A stretch of 64,000 nucleotides of DNA from Macrostomum lignano (taxonomy: Eukaryota), in assembly GCA_002269645.1 (NCBI GenBank), contig NIVC01000096.1, positions 124,001 to 188,000 of the forward strand, written 5' to 3'. Positions 11,008-20,519 of the stretch are shown here, in pieces. The position numbers and the translations under genes were made by a program. The notes below the pieces were generated by a model, which saw only the letters and a program-made list of their open reading frames with translations, searched no databases and had not been told where the DNA came from. The stretch's first letter is position 1. Each line of letters begins with the position of its first letter.

Positions 11008-11634
11008 TTATTTTAGTTGCATAAGTGTGTTAACAGAGCGAAACAGGGAAGAACTGTCGGATTTTAGCATACGCAGAGATTTTGCCCCACTTAGAATATA
11101 AGAAGCATTATGAAAAAGCAAGCATTTACAATACTTAAGTTGACAAACTAAAGCTGAAAATGTTTCTGGTTCATACTGGGCTTTGGGCAAAACTTTAACA
11201 AGTTCAGTAAGCGGTAGCGCATTTTGGAGCTTAAAACGTCCATGAGCAGTAATAGTTTTAATTCGAACACAAATAGTTTGATGAGGCAGCAGTTGATCCG
11301 GCACTCTCCGATGCAGCATAGCCATGAAGCGACGGGCAGCCCTTTTGGCGTCTGCGTGGGTCTTGGCGCCACAGATGCTCAGTTGTCCAGTAGGGTAGAG
11401 TAGCAGAGTCACTCTGGGACTCCGCATCCGCTTGATGAGCACCCGGGGCCAGACGGGCCGGTAGATCACATGAGCCATGCTGAGAGCCAGTTCCCGTAGA
11501 GGCAACTGGGCGCCCCTGCCACCATCCAGTCTCAGATCCACTCCGCCAACCAGATTGCTCACTCTTAGGGCTGTAGCTGCAGGTGGACTCATTTTGATCC
11601 TTGACTTCTTCACCAAATCTTCTGCCAACTTCAC
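11008..11634 (-). CDS. TBP: TATA-box-binding protein (TBP)-like protein, intronless and divergent
   Basis: Two TBP repeats: SNLVGGVDL / LIKRMRSPRVTLLLYPTGQLSICGAKTHADAKRAARRF (cf. TBP [38 protein letters not shown]) and YEPETFSAL...LLFHNASYILSGAK (cf. YEPELFPGL...LIFVSGKVVLTGAK). Probable start MSPPA at about 11590. Confidence 0.88.
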   Translation of the reverse strand: MKLAEDLVKKSRIKMSPPAATALRVSNLVGGVDLRLDGGRGAQLPLRELALSMAHVIYRPVWPRVLIKRMRSPRVTLLLYPTGQLSICGAKTHADAKRAARRFMAMLHRRVPDQLLPHQTICVRIKTITAHGRFKLQNALPLTELVKVLPKAQYEPETFSALVCQLKYCKCLLFHNASYILSGAKSLRMLKSDSSSLFRSVNTLMQLK

Positions 11635-12109
11635 TGCCCCTGTGCCACGGACACTGCTCGCTTCTTAAGTTGATGCAGAACTTTGGCTTAAGCCAACTGT
11701 AGTGCAGCAATGAATTTCTCACTGCACAGCCAGTATCTGAATCTTTAATCGAGGGTGCTCCCAAATCTTCTAGGTTATAAACCTGTCTACCAAGCAGCTC
11801 AGTCAGGAAAATAGACTTCCTTTCCCCATTTGTCCATATCGGACCACTGGCAATCCTCAGAATGTCTTCCGCCAGTTCCATGTACGGACGGGTTCCATCA
11901 CTCCACTTAAACTGGTGCAGACTCTTTGATAGCTGTCTGTAGCAAGCTCGCATGTCAGTGGAGACTCTCTCCCATGGATACGGAGGTGCGTACACATGGT
12001 GAGCAATTCGGTAGCTTCCCGCTCTGACTTGAACAACTGCCAACTCTTTCACAACAAATCTTTTGCTTGTGCTGTTGCACGGGAATCCTTGGAAGTCAAT
12101 GTAGTTCAT
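11258..12109 (-). CDS. Polinton-type DEDD/DnaQ-like nuclease-fold protein; the homologous part ends near 11680 and the remainder overlaps the TBP-like gene
   Basis: YIDFQGF...FVVKELAV...HHVYAPPYPW...WSDG..PY...NGERK...VYNLEDLGAPS...CAVRN matches the conserved small Polinton accessory nuclease-like family. Confidence 0.65.
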   Translation of the reverse strand: MNYIDFQGFPCNSTSKRFVVKELAVVQVRAGSYRIAHHVYAPPYPWERVSTDMRACYRQLSKSLHQFKWSDGTRPYMELAEDILRIASGPIWTNGERKSIFLTELLGRQVYNLEDLGAPSIKDSDTGCAVRNSLLHYSWLKPKFCINLRSEQCPWHRGSEVGRRFGEEVKDQNESTCSYSPKSEQSGWRSGSETGWWQGRPVASTGTGSQHGSCDLPARLAPGAHQADAESQSDSATLPYWTTEHLWRQDPRRRQKGCPSLHGYAASESAGSTAASSNYLCSN

Positions 12110-12137
12110 GATGCAGCTTTCCCTCGAAATTTCGGAG

Positions 12138-12829
12138 TCAGTCCACCTTCTTATATACTTTTCTGGCAGGCAGTTTCAGCCAGGCTGTGTTGCTCCCGTA
12201 CCCCTTGACTAGACTCTCCTGTTCTTTCTCCAGTTCACTCCCTCTGCTGTTTGCCATTTTCTTTTTAACTGATTTACCAACAGCGGAAAGCGGAACATTA
12301 AGCTTTTTCTGCTGCAGCAAATCATGAACTCGTTCCACCCAACTGGTTCACGCTCACATGGCGAATCCCTCACTGCGTGCTGAATCAAGTCCAGTATGTT
12401 TGAGGAAGGGATTGACGTGCCTGTGATTTCCACCTCCCCGTTTTCACAAACTCGAATCAGCTCTGGATTGGTGGACAGGATCGTCCATAGACTGCGAGCC
12501 CTGGTTTTGAATTTCTGTGGCACCGACTTGCTGATCTTCTCATCCCAGGTGTTCATCTGTGGTGTCTCTGTTTTCATCAACTTGGCTTCAGTATTGCGTG
12601 CTCCTTCTTTTCCAGCGTGCTTGCGTCTGGCCAGCAAACTTTGCATTGCACTTTGATACATGGTGGTTTTCACATCTTCTGGACAATCTTCGGCATACAA
12701 GATATCATCGCATTTCTTCTGAGCCTGCTTCAAGTTAGCGTCAGTGCTATTCTCATTTGGCTTCAAATTCTGCATCAACATCTCATACTCTGCTTTAGGA
12801 ATCAGAACCATTTCTGAAAATTTGTTCAT
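12138..12829 (-). CDS. Conserved Polinton accessory protein; one frameshift at about 12315
   Basis: MVLIP...DDIL...VPQKFKTRARSL...GEVEITG..IPSSNILDL...PVGWNEF, continuing in ORF 12138-12338 with NVPLSAVG...W. This pattern is typical of the gene downstream of the Polinton ATPase. Confidence 0.65.
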
Positions 12830-13163
12830 TTTGCTTCTTCTTCTTTACCAGCTTAAGCAGAATCGGGAGTATTTTAATGAAGCCAGCCTTCAACAAGTCT
12901 GTCTTTCTTCTTTTGTGAGTAATCTTTCGAATTATCTCTTTTGACTTTGCAAGAACAGCTTTTTCATCGAGCGAAAACGATATATTGTTTTGTAAGAGAT
13001 TATGGCAGGCCTCGACAAGAAAATAACGCACTTCTTTTGGACAATTTTTTATCAACAGCCGCTTGAAGCGCACGGTATATTTAGGTGACGCAAGAACCGC
13101 AAAAATACTTGCATGTGAATCAAGCACTTCCATAGCGATGAAAACAATAGCTGATAAAAACAA
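12795..13163 (-). CDS. Small basic conserved Polinton protein with amphipathic C-terminus
   Basis: LVEACHNLLQNNISFS...K..L.K.KEIIRKI...KAGFIKILPILLKLV resembles the CECALNxLxGN...GGFL family adjacent to Polinton ATPases. Confidence 0.6.
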   Translation of the reverse strand: MFLSAIVFIAMEVLDSHASIFAVLASPKYTVRFKRLLIKNCPKEVRYFLVEACHNLLQNNISFSLDEKAVLAKSKEIIRKITHKRRKTDLLKAGFIKILPILLKLVKKKKQNEQIFRNGSDS

Positions 13164-13174
13164 GCTTCACTTTC

Positions 13175-13855
13175 TTAAGCAAATACAAGATGGGGTCGCT
13201 GGTTGGGCAGAATTCTGGCCCGCACTCGCAGCTCATCGGGAGTTGATGGGTGAAAGTCTAGGAACAGGTAGGCTCCCCTGCCCTGCGCGGTCACGTGCTT
13301 GAACACTGACAGCAGAAAGCCGGGCTTCTCTGTAAAGCACTGCCTGCCCAGTGCTGCAATCTGCAGCTGGTCTCTGGGGTTTTTCAAGATAGCTAAGTAC
13401 ATTACATTCAAGCTCATTGTTCGCGACTCTTTTCCCTTAAAAAATATATTCTGAGTCAGCATCACCAAGAAGCACGGCAAGTGATGTGCGATTCCTGTGA
13501 AAAAATTTCGCATTGAAGCAGAGTTTGAAGTTTCCTCTATTAAGTCATCGAAAACAACCAGGTCATTGGGCCTAAGTGCTGCCTCGATGTTGGTGGGAAA
13601 TCCCTGGCGCAGCTGCACACCTAGGCTGCTCAGTTCTGCATGGCCTGCCTGTGAGATCCCATAGTACCACAGAACTCTGCCAGGCTTCACATCAAACATG
13701 ACGTCTCTGTACTGGATCAGGTGTTTGATGAAGGTTGTTTTTCCTGCATTGGTGGGCCCGCAGACAATCATGCAGCTTCCCTGCCTGAGGCGGATATCGT
13801 GGCAAACTCGCTTTTCTGCCATGTCTAATGCATAAATATTAGAAATCACGCACAT
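13175..13855 (-). CDS. A32/FtsK-HerA DNA packaging ATPase
   Basis: Walker A GPTNAGKT, Walker B LVVFDD, and LTQN...SRTMSLN...KNPRD motifs; intact ORF. Confidence 0.95.
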   Translation of the reverse strand: MCVISNIYALDMAEKRVCHDIRLRQGSCMIVCGPTNAGKTTFIKHLIQYRDVMFDVKPGRVLWYYGISQAGHAELSSLGVQLRQGFPTNIEAALRPNDLVVFDDLIEETSNSASMRNFFTGIAHHLPCFLVMLTQNIFFKGKESRTMSLNVMYLAILKNPRDQLQIAALGRQCFTEKPGFLLSVFKHVTAQGRGAYLFLDFHPSTPDELRVRARILPNQRPHLVFA

Positions 13856-14355
13856 CTTTTTCTTAAGTTGGCTTCAAACCTCTGTAAGATTCTATCATTC
13901 AAATGATTTTTTTCATTAGCATGCAAATGCTTCAAAATCCCCTCAAATGACCGATTGAACAGAAACTTTTGATAAGCAAAATAGATGCAAAACATTCCGC
14001 ATTTATTAGAGTTAGCACATTGAAATCTGTTTATATTGCTTCGGAGCCAAAAGCCAGTTGTTTTAATCTCTCGAAACAAATTATAAACCACAGATAAAAT
14101 TTCAGGTTCCCAGCCGAGGGAGTTGAACAGCTCAATGCAATTTCCTTGTCCAACATAGCACACCACCCAATGACCAAATGAACCATTGTGCTGTAGTAGA
14201 ACAAAAACAAACTTATTTTCAAAGGAAATTGATCGATATTTTCTTTTTAGACTCAAAGGCAAAACATTTTTATAGCGTGAATGTAAAGTAATGATGAGAA
14301 ATTTTCGGCAAGACAAAAATTTTCTGGCGAGATTAAGTAGTTGAATTGCGTCCAT
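13846..14355 (-). CDS. Adenain-like (C5) cysteine maturation protease
   Basis: GHWV, FNSLG and FQC..SNKCGMFCIYF catalytic His/Gln/Cys motifs; intact ORF. Confidence 0.93.
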   Translation of the reverse strand: MDAIQLLNLARKFLSCRKFLIITLHSRYKNVLPLSLKRKYRSISFENKFVFVLLQHNGSFGHWVVCYVGQGNCIELFNSLGWEPEILSVVYNLFREIKTTGFWLRSNINRFQCANSNKCGMFCIYFAYQKFLFNRSFEGILKHLHANEKNHLNDRILQRFEANLRKRCA

Positions 14356-14360
14356 GCCAA

Positions 14361-15632
14361 TTAAGAGGAATAGTCCAGCAAAAGCTCCCGGTGCTTGGTG
14401 ACCTCAATCAACGAGTCATACAGGCACAGAGCGATCAGGGACACCGTTTCGTCCAGAGCCTGTCGGAAGCGAATCTCCAGCCGCAGGTTGCCCTCCTTCT
14501 GTCCGTACCACAGAGCCGCTCCTCTGGTGTGAGATCGAATGCAAACACCGTGTTGTTGTTGGAGAAGAGCTGGTAGGGGATCCACGGGACCGAATTGCTT
14601 GCAGATTGACAGCTTTTCATGTAGTGCAAGTATTCTCTTACAAAGGAATTGTTTTCAGGTGTGAAGGCGCCGTGGCACACGGTCTCTCCACCTTTCTTTA
14701 GAGCCAACCGGCTGAGGTTGAAGCTCTGGAACTGGAACGGACTCGCGTGATGATGACCGTTGAATGCTCGGTGGCTCACGAAGGCCAGCATGATGAACTT
14801 CGGCAATTTTCCATGAGTGAATCCTTCAATGTTTTTAGATTGAATGCCCTGGGGTAGGATGAAGTTCTGCATTTCAGTTCGCTCGATGGGATACAGTGCA
14901 TTTTGGTTTGTCAGCCCCTGCTCGTGAGCCAGGCTGATGTGGGGCACCACTTTGACTCGGCGAAGATGAGAATGCTGTGAGAGATTTCCATGCGATAAGC
15001 CGCGTTGTTTGCATTCGGGGTTCTGATGGCAAAGGCCCCATCGCTGGGGACCAGTTTGATGTGCAAGTGCAGATTGCTTAGCAGAAACACTGGGCACTGG
15101 AAAACATCGCTGAAGAGGGCCCCGCATACTCCATCCATCGGGATTCCCTGTGGCTCTCCGTGTGCTCTTCAGCTGCAGAGTCCGGCTCCAGGAAGCCAGC
15201 TGGGTAAAGTTTTAGTTGCTGGGCATCAGATGAGCTCATTAGTGCTTTGAAGTACGCATGGTAGGGATAGAGCTCTCCACCAGACACCACTCGCTGGTTA
15301 ATGCTCACAATTACATCTGAGAAGGCTGTAGACAGAACAAAGTTTTCTGGGTGCACGTCACTGTCTCTGCGATCGGTGATGATGCCATCTCCATCTCGAA
15401 CATCCTCCCTCAGCAAACCCCCATCCAGTCTCACAAGGCGGCAGCGAATATAAAGAAAAGAATTAAGCAGATCTGTGTATTCATCGGCAGATTGGTGGCA
15501 GTCAAATTCAATGGGGGAGTTTGCAGTAATGGAATTTACTGGGTGAATATCAACATAAGTAGCTTTTTCAATGCAGGTTTGTAAAACGGGCGTTTTAAAT
15601 AAATCAAGTCTGGGATTGAATCCGTAAGCCAT
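14361..15632 (-). CDS. Major capsid protein (double jelly-roll, hexon-like); about 3 frameshifts
   Basis: LDLFKTPVLQTCIE...YVDIHP...PIEF...YTDL; GKLPKFIMLAFV..RAFNG...PFQF; VFAFDLTP; GNLRLEIRF...IEVTKHRELLLDY. Spread over ORFs 15078-15632, 14911-15138, 14435-15127 and 14361-14585. Confidence 0.9.
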
Positions 15633-15634
15633 GT

Positions 15635-16024
15635 CTATGACAGAGAGTCGAGCACGCGTTTCACAGTTTTCTTGCTGACTTTTTGCTTTCGCTTTCCTCC
15701 GCCTGCTCTATTCTTCTTTGCTTTCGTCTTCCTATTCTTAAGCTTTTTCCTACTAGCCTTGCTCGGCTTTCTTCCATTGCACCTCTTATTGGTGCGATCG
15801 CCACCAGTTGCCTTTCGGGTGCGCTTCTTCTTCTTCAATCGTTTCGGACTTGCTTCAGCATTTCTTTTGCGCCTGACATTGCTAAGCGTTGAGGATAATG
15901 ATGTAGCCGCTGGAGGAGGCTGGTATGTCATGATCCCCGGAAAGCTCCCACAGCCATAGAGTGCAGGCTTTTCGTGTGCTGTCCTCACCCCCGAATATTG
16001 CTGGATTAGCTGCTGGTAGTTCAT
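15635..16024 (-). CDS. Lys/Arg-rich putative virion core (DNA-condensing) protein between penton and hexon
   Basis: MNYQQLIQQYSG...GCGSF followed by a K/R-rich tail. Its ATG overlaps the penton stop (ATGA) and its stop lies just before the hexon ATG. Confidence 0.6.
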   Translation of the reverse strand: MNYQQLIQQYSGVRTAHEKPALYGCGSFPGIMTYQPPPAATSLSSTLSNVRRKRNAEASPKRLKKKKRTRKATGGDRTNKRCNGRKPSKASRKKLKNRKTKAKKNRAGGGKRKQKVSKKTVKRVLDSLS

Positions 16025-16836
16025 TGAATGCGTTTCTCCCGAATCTGAACTGTGAGCAGAACAGGCTGTGAGTCTGGGCAATCAGTGGGCAACCATAGAT
16101 GTCCCGCAGCTGAACTCGAATGCTGTGAAGAAGACTGATTCGTTGAATCGGGAAGAATATTGTTTTCTTAAATATTTTTGTTTGATAGTTGCCCCATTCA
16201 ATGCCAGCTTTCATTCCAACTGTTCTCAACAAGGAGCCCCAGTTGCAATTAGTTGACTCAACGACACTGCAGTGTACATTGATTAAGCTGGTGCGCGGAC
16301 AGCCAATGCAATGCTCGGACACGCGGCTCCTGGCTGGATTTTCACAGCCTGGTTTCCAAATCCCAGCCAATGCAGAATTTTGCTGGATGGGAGAAACAGC
16401 TCTGCTCTCGTCGTGTTGTTGTGCACCACAGTTCGTGAGTTGCGGATTTCGAACTTCATACCGAATTCCCTGTTGCCACTACGCCCCATCAGGCCGGACT
16501 CATCAGCCTCCATCTCAGACTCCCTGTCACTCATCGCATCAAAGAACAGCGAATCAGAGTTGGCCAGCAGCTCATTCAGGCGCTCCACCAGCTCCTCCAC
16601 TCTAGCAAAGCGTCCGGGTTGAAGAACCAGGGCCTCATGCTCTCTTCCATCTGAGACAGTGAAGCAGTAAGGCTCGTCAACATTGAACCATGCAGCAGGC
16701 AGATGGATTTCAGCCAGACCTGCCTCATAGTCCACATTTCGATCCAAGTAAATAGGTGAAGGCAGGTAAAAATTAAGTCACTAGGAGTACCTTCAGCATG
16801 CTCACTGTTGATCAAAATAGTTCGCATTATAATCAT
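16021..16836 (-). CDS. Minor capsid protein (penton, single jelly-roll); about 3 frameshifts
   Basis: LPSPIYLDRNVDYEAGLAEIHLPAAWFNV; INVHCSVVE...LLRTV...FFPI...IRVQLRDIYGCP; reconstructed C-terminus VLLTVQIREKRIQ* at 16021. Confidence 0.85.
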
Positions 16837-16864
16837 AAACTACATGATGAGGGATGTGTCAAAG

Positions 16865-17937
16865 CTAAACCTTTCTTAAGTCTTTTTCATCCACCCAGCC
16901 AGTCGAATCGTAGCCGGCCCACTTCACCAGATAGCGAATTTTTCCCTTCCGCTTCTCCGTTTTCAGGATCTTCTCAATCACATACAGCCGCTGTGAGTCC
17001 GGGACAGCTTGCAGCTCGTGCTCATGGAAGAGTCCTCGAATCTCTTCCCCCGCATGTCTTTAATCTTGTACATGTAGGGATAATGTTTTGGGGCTCTGCT
17101 CACCACGGTGTACACTTCCTCACTCCAGCTCGCTTTGTATCCCTTTTTGAATAGCCGTGGAGCATTGGAAATTCTCACTGACTGGTTTTCAGCGAATTTA
17201 GGCTTCCTTAATTTTTCTAGAGTCTCGACTGCTTTTCCGTCGTACAGGTTCATCCACACTTCAGATTCATTCTCTTTGCAGACACTAGTGGGTGCCATTT
17301 TGATGCTTCTGTGATAGGTATTGTTGTAAGATTTTACCAGCTTAGGCAGCACATCAAGCCAGTGCAGTGTGCTCTTGTAGGTGAAGTAGCGCCACATTCT
17401 ACTTTTCAGAGTCCGATTCCATCGCTCAATGACAGCCGCCTTCTGCTCGCTGTTAGTTGGGAAAGCCAGAATTCCTCTGTCAATGCAGTATTGACGGAAA
17501 GTGGAGTTGATAAATTCCTTCCCCTGATCTGTGCGAACTGTGCGTGGCTGGCGCTTTGAACTTCTCAGTATGCTCTCGAAAGCTGACTTCACTTCTGTAG
17601 CAGTTTTATTTTTCAGTGCCTTGGCCCAAGCACACTTTGACAGTACGTCAATACATGTAAGAATATATTTGTAGCCTTTATTATACTTTGCGAATGGAAT
17701 CATTTCTACCAAGTCAAGTTCCCACTGATCATCGATAGCCCGCACTATGATTGGAGCCCTTGGATATCGCCTTCTAGCTGGCTTGTGTAGGGTGTGCACT
17801 GGCTGCTCACTGAGCCACTGTTCTATGCACTTAGTGGATTTGCGATCTCCTCTTCTCCTAACTTCATTCAACAGTTTGGAAGCACTAGAAAAACTAGCCG
17901 GCTGTTGTGGGTCAAAGTAAATTTTTTCCATCCTCAA
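16865..17937 (-). CDS. int: Retroviral-type (rve, DDE) integrase with C-terminal chromodomain; one frameshift at about 17035
   Basis: IYFDPQQPASF; WELDLVEM; IDVLSK; RTDQGKEF; ERWNRTLK. The shifted frame gives LYVIEKILKTEKRKGKIRYLVKWAGYDSTGWVDEKDL* (chromodomain). Confidence 0.95.
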
Positions 17938-18300
17938 ATGAAAAAGAACCAGACGTACGCAGGTATGTTTTTCTTAAGAACAACGATTGGCGTTTTAAAA
18001 GACAGGTTTTATTCCAATATTAAACTCATACAGCGTACACTCATTATATTTTTTTTAAATTAGGGATTGCGAACAGTTGGTGATCGTGAAAAGAAGATTG
18101 CAGGAAATAGTAACACTGAGTAGTGCAAATAAGTATAAATTGCATGCATTTAAGTATAAACTTGGTTTGTTAACACCTGAATAAATAAGACTAAACGGTT
18201 AAGACAATTGTCAAAACTTAACTTAGCTGAATAAAATTAGACAAAGGCAAACCAAACTGAATTATCCTTTGAGTCTCATCAGTCTCATCCAACCTCCAGC

Positions 18301-19032
18301 TCAGTCTTCAAAACGCAGCTTAGACACCTTCATTGTCTCCTGCCTGCGCAGAGGATACGGCAGTTTTCGCTTCCGATTGTTCTCCACCTCAGCGGCATGA
18401 GCCCGGAATCGGTACCACACCGGATCCTGCTGTAGGTCCGTGTCCTCCGCCGGGATGTTCCCAGTCGATGTGCCGGCTCTGGCCAAAGGTGTGGAAGTCA
18501 CAGCCTCGATGTCGGTTGTCAGCTCCGATGGTGAGCCGACCTCCTCCTCGCCTTCAGCAGCCTCAGTCTTGACCGGCAGTATGAGGGTGGCGTCTTCGTC
18601 CTCATCTTCGGATGAGCTCAGCTCGTACTTCGCCCCCGCACCTTGGTAGGGCTCTGATAGCTGCTGGTCTATCCAGTCCGAAGTCTGCCACAGCTTCTGC
18701 CAGAGCCTCGGAGACAGCGGCACGGTGTTGCGCTTCATAAATTCATCACAGCAGTCCTCAGGCAGCCGCTTCAGCCAGATGAGGCCATCCTTGACTTGAA
18801 CAAATTTGTCGAAGCCCAGCTTGATGACCTTGAGCTCGTTGTTCAGAGCCGACTTCACCAGGGAGCGCTTTAACTCCTTTAGCTTCGTCCACTGCTGCAC
18901 ATTCAGGTTGAAGCCAGGAACACCAGGCTTGAGGCTTGCTGTGCTGCCATGTCGGTAAAACTTCCTGATCGCGATGTATTTCTGGCCTTCGAATTCTTGC
19001 ACCTGCACTCTGTAACCTTCACTAATATCCAT
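18301..19032 (-). CDS. PC4/Sub1-like ssDNA-binding / transcriptional coactivator protein with tandem PC4 domains and an acidic tail
   Basis: YRVQVQEFEGQKYIAIRKFY...LKPGVPGFNLNVQQWTKLKE vs human PC4 YVSVRDFKGKVLIDIREYW...[20 protein letters not shown]. Second degenerate copy LGFDKFVQV...VPLSPRLWQKL. Confidence 0.85.
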   Translation of the reverse strand: MDISEGYRVQVQEFEGQKYIAIRKFYRHGSTASLKPGVPGFNLNVQQWTKLKELKRSLVKSALNNELKVIKLGFDKFVQVKDGLIWLKRLPEDCCDEFMKRNTVPLSPRLWQKLWQTSDWIDQQLSEPYQGAGAKYELSSSEDEDEDATLILPVKTEAAEGEEEVGSPSELTTDIEAVTSTPLARAGTSTGNIPAEDTDLQQDPVWYRFRAHAAEVENNRKRKLPYPLRRQETMKVSKLRFED

Positions 19033-19115
19033 AGTTCACACAAAATCACTTCGAAAACTTGTGAAATCGAATTCAAGAAAAAAATAGATTTACCGTTGAA
19101 TTTAAAAATCGGGGG

Positions 19116-19123
19116 CTTATATA
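19116..19123 (-). promoter_or_regulatory. Candidate TATA box of the PC4-like gene
   Basis: Minus-strand GAGGGTATATAAG about 85 bp upstream of the ATG; the same context GAGGGTATAAAAG is conserved in Polinton-2 (45242-45249). Confidence 0.55.
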
Positions 19124-19274
19124 CCCTCAAAGCGGAGTGGGGTGGGTGTCAGAATGAGCACCCACCCCTTTTTTGCTTATTCGGCATCAAGCAGCGGCTG
19201 CTCGTCGGCATCAGCCACACAACCCGTTACAAAGTTTATTGCTCATTTATTAACAATGCCAGTGCGCCTTGAGC

Positions 19275-19944
19275 CCACCTCTCTGTCCCTGCACATTAAA
19301 GTGCGGCAGAGTTGAACAACTGTTTTTTAGAGCTCACCTCTCTGTCCCTGCACAGTGAAAGTGCGGCAGAGTTGAACAACTGTTTTAGAGCTCACCTCTC
19401 TGTCCCTGCACAGTGAAAGTGCGGCAGAGTTGAACAACTGTTTTAGAGCCCACCAACAACCTCACCTCCACTCCAAACCCTACCCTTTCCACTCAAGCCC
19501 CCGCACCCGTTACAAAGTTTATTACCCATTTATTATCAATGCCAGTGCGCCAGAGGCAGACACTCAAGAGCGGAGCCTCTCTCCGCTTAGAGTTGCATAG
19601 GCATTGCTATACAATAAGCACATTGGAGGATGGTGAGGAGTTGCATAGGCCAGGCACAAAATTGAGGTGGACGTTTCCACGCCACGCCTACCTTGCTTTA
19701 ATTTGTTTACTCTGCTATTCCAAAAACCTTCCAATTCTTTGCTTTGCTTTGCTACCTGCCTCCCCCAGTGCGGCAGAGTTGCATAAGCGTTTCACCACCC
19801 GCGCCGCCCAGCCAATCACACCCACCCCACGCCCCTTATTTCCATTGGCTATCTCAGCTGGCTCTTTTACGCCCTCCTATCCTTTTACATTACCGCCTAT
19901 CTCCGCAGTGCAAGTGCGGCAGAGTTGCATAAACTCATACTACT
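19275..19944 (-). repeat. Right TIR of Polinton-1, with 3 copies of the 58-bp repeat
   Basis: Reverse complement of the left end; 58-bp units at about 19277-19449. Confidence 0.9.
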
Positions 19945-20043
19945 GTCGACAGAGATTCCCCAATAGCTTCGTTGCAGTCCAATCAAGCATATTCAAGCCA
20001 GGCACCTGTGTACTGAATGTCTGTCTTTATTCACGGTTGAGCC

Positions 20044-20519
20044 CATAGGCGTAGGAACGTTTCAAAAAGTGGGCGGGCCAGGTTCAGTGACGGATTTAGG
20101 GGGGAGGGCGCATGCCCCGTCGAGTTATATCTTTTATATGGAAAATGCACATTATCATGTACCGTTTATTTTCAGAATCCATCATGTCAGCACTCTTTTA
20201 TAAAGTGCCGCAGGCACTCATTTTAGCGCCACAGGCACTCATCTTGGCGCCGCAGGCACTCATTTTAGCGCCACAGGCACTCATCTTGGCGCCGCAGGCA
20301 CTCATTTTGGCACCGCATGCACTTATTTTGGCGCTGCAGGCGCTCATTTTTGTCGCCTTGCAGCAAAATGCATTCATACAAAGCAGCAAAAACCAAAAAT
20401 AAGTAAAAATAAGTAATGGTAACGGCCAGATACCATTACTGCCCCCCCACTTTTTAAAATGGCCCTACTTAAGTAAAATGGCCCCACTGGCCCCACTGCC
20501 CCCCGTTCCTACGCCTATG
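20044..20519. mobile_element. hAT-type MITE with internal 21-bp repeats
   Basis: TIR CATAGGCGTAGGAAC / GTTCCTACGCCTATG; 8-bp TSD GTTGAGCC on both sides; internal GCGCCGCAGGCACTCATTTTG-type repeats at about 20205-20345. Confidence 0.85.

Larger units (their letters stand above)
2789..19944. mobile_element. Full-length Polinton/Maverick (adintovirus-like endogenous DNA virus), Polinton-1
   Basis: Termini AGTAGTATGAGTTTATGCAACTCTGCCGCAC at 2789 and its reverse complement ending 19944. GTCGAC flanks both ends (2783-2788, 19945-19950). Contains pPolB, integrase, MCP, mCP, protease and ATPase. Confidence 0.97.

Noticed and set aside
19539-20048. ORFs 19539-20048 and 2733-3035 with matching translations
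   Set aside because: They are the two TIR copies read through; they cross the element boundary and show no protein motifs.
20112-20402. ALILAPQ-repeat ORF
   Set aside because: Translation of 21-bp internal repeats of a MITE.
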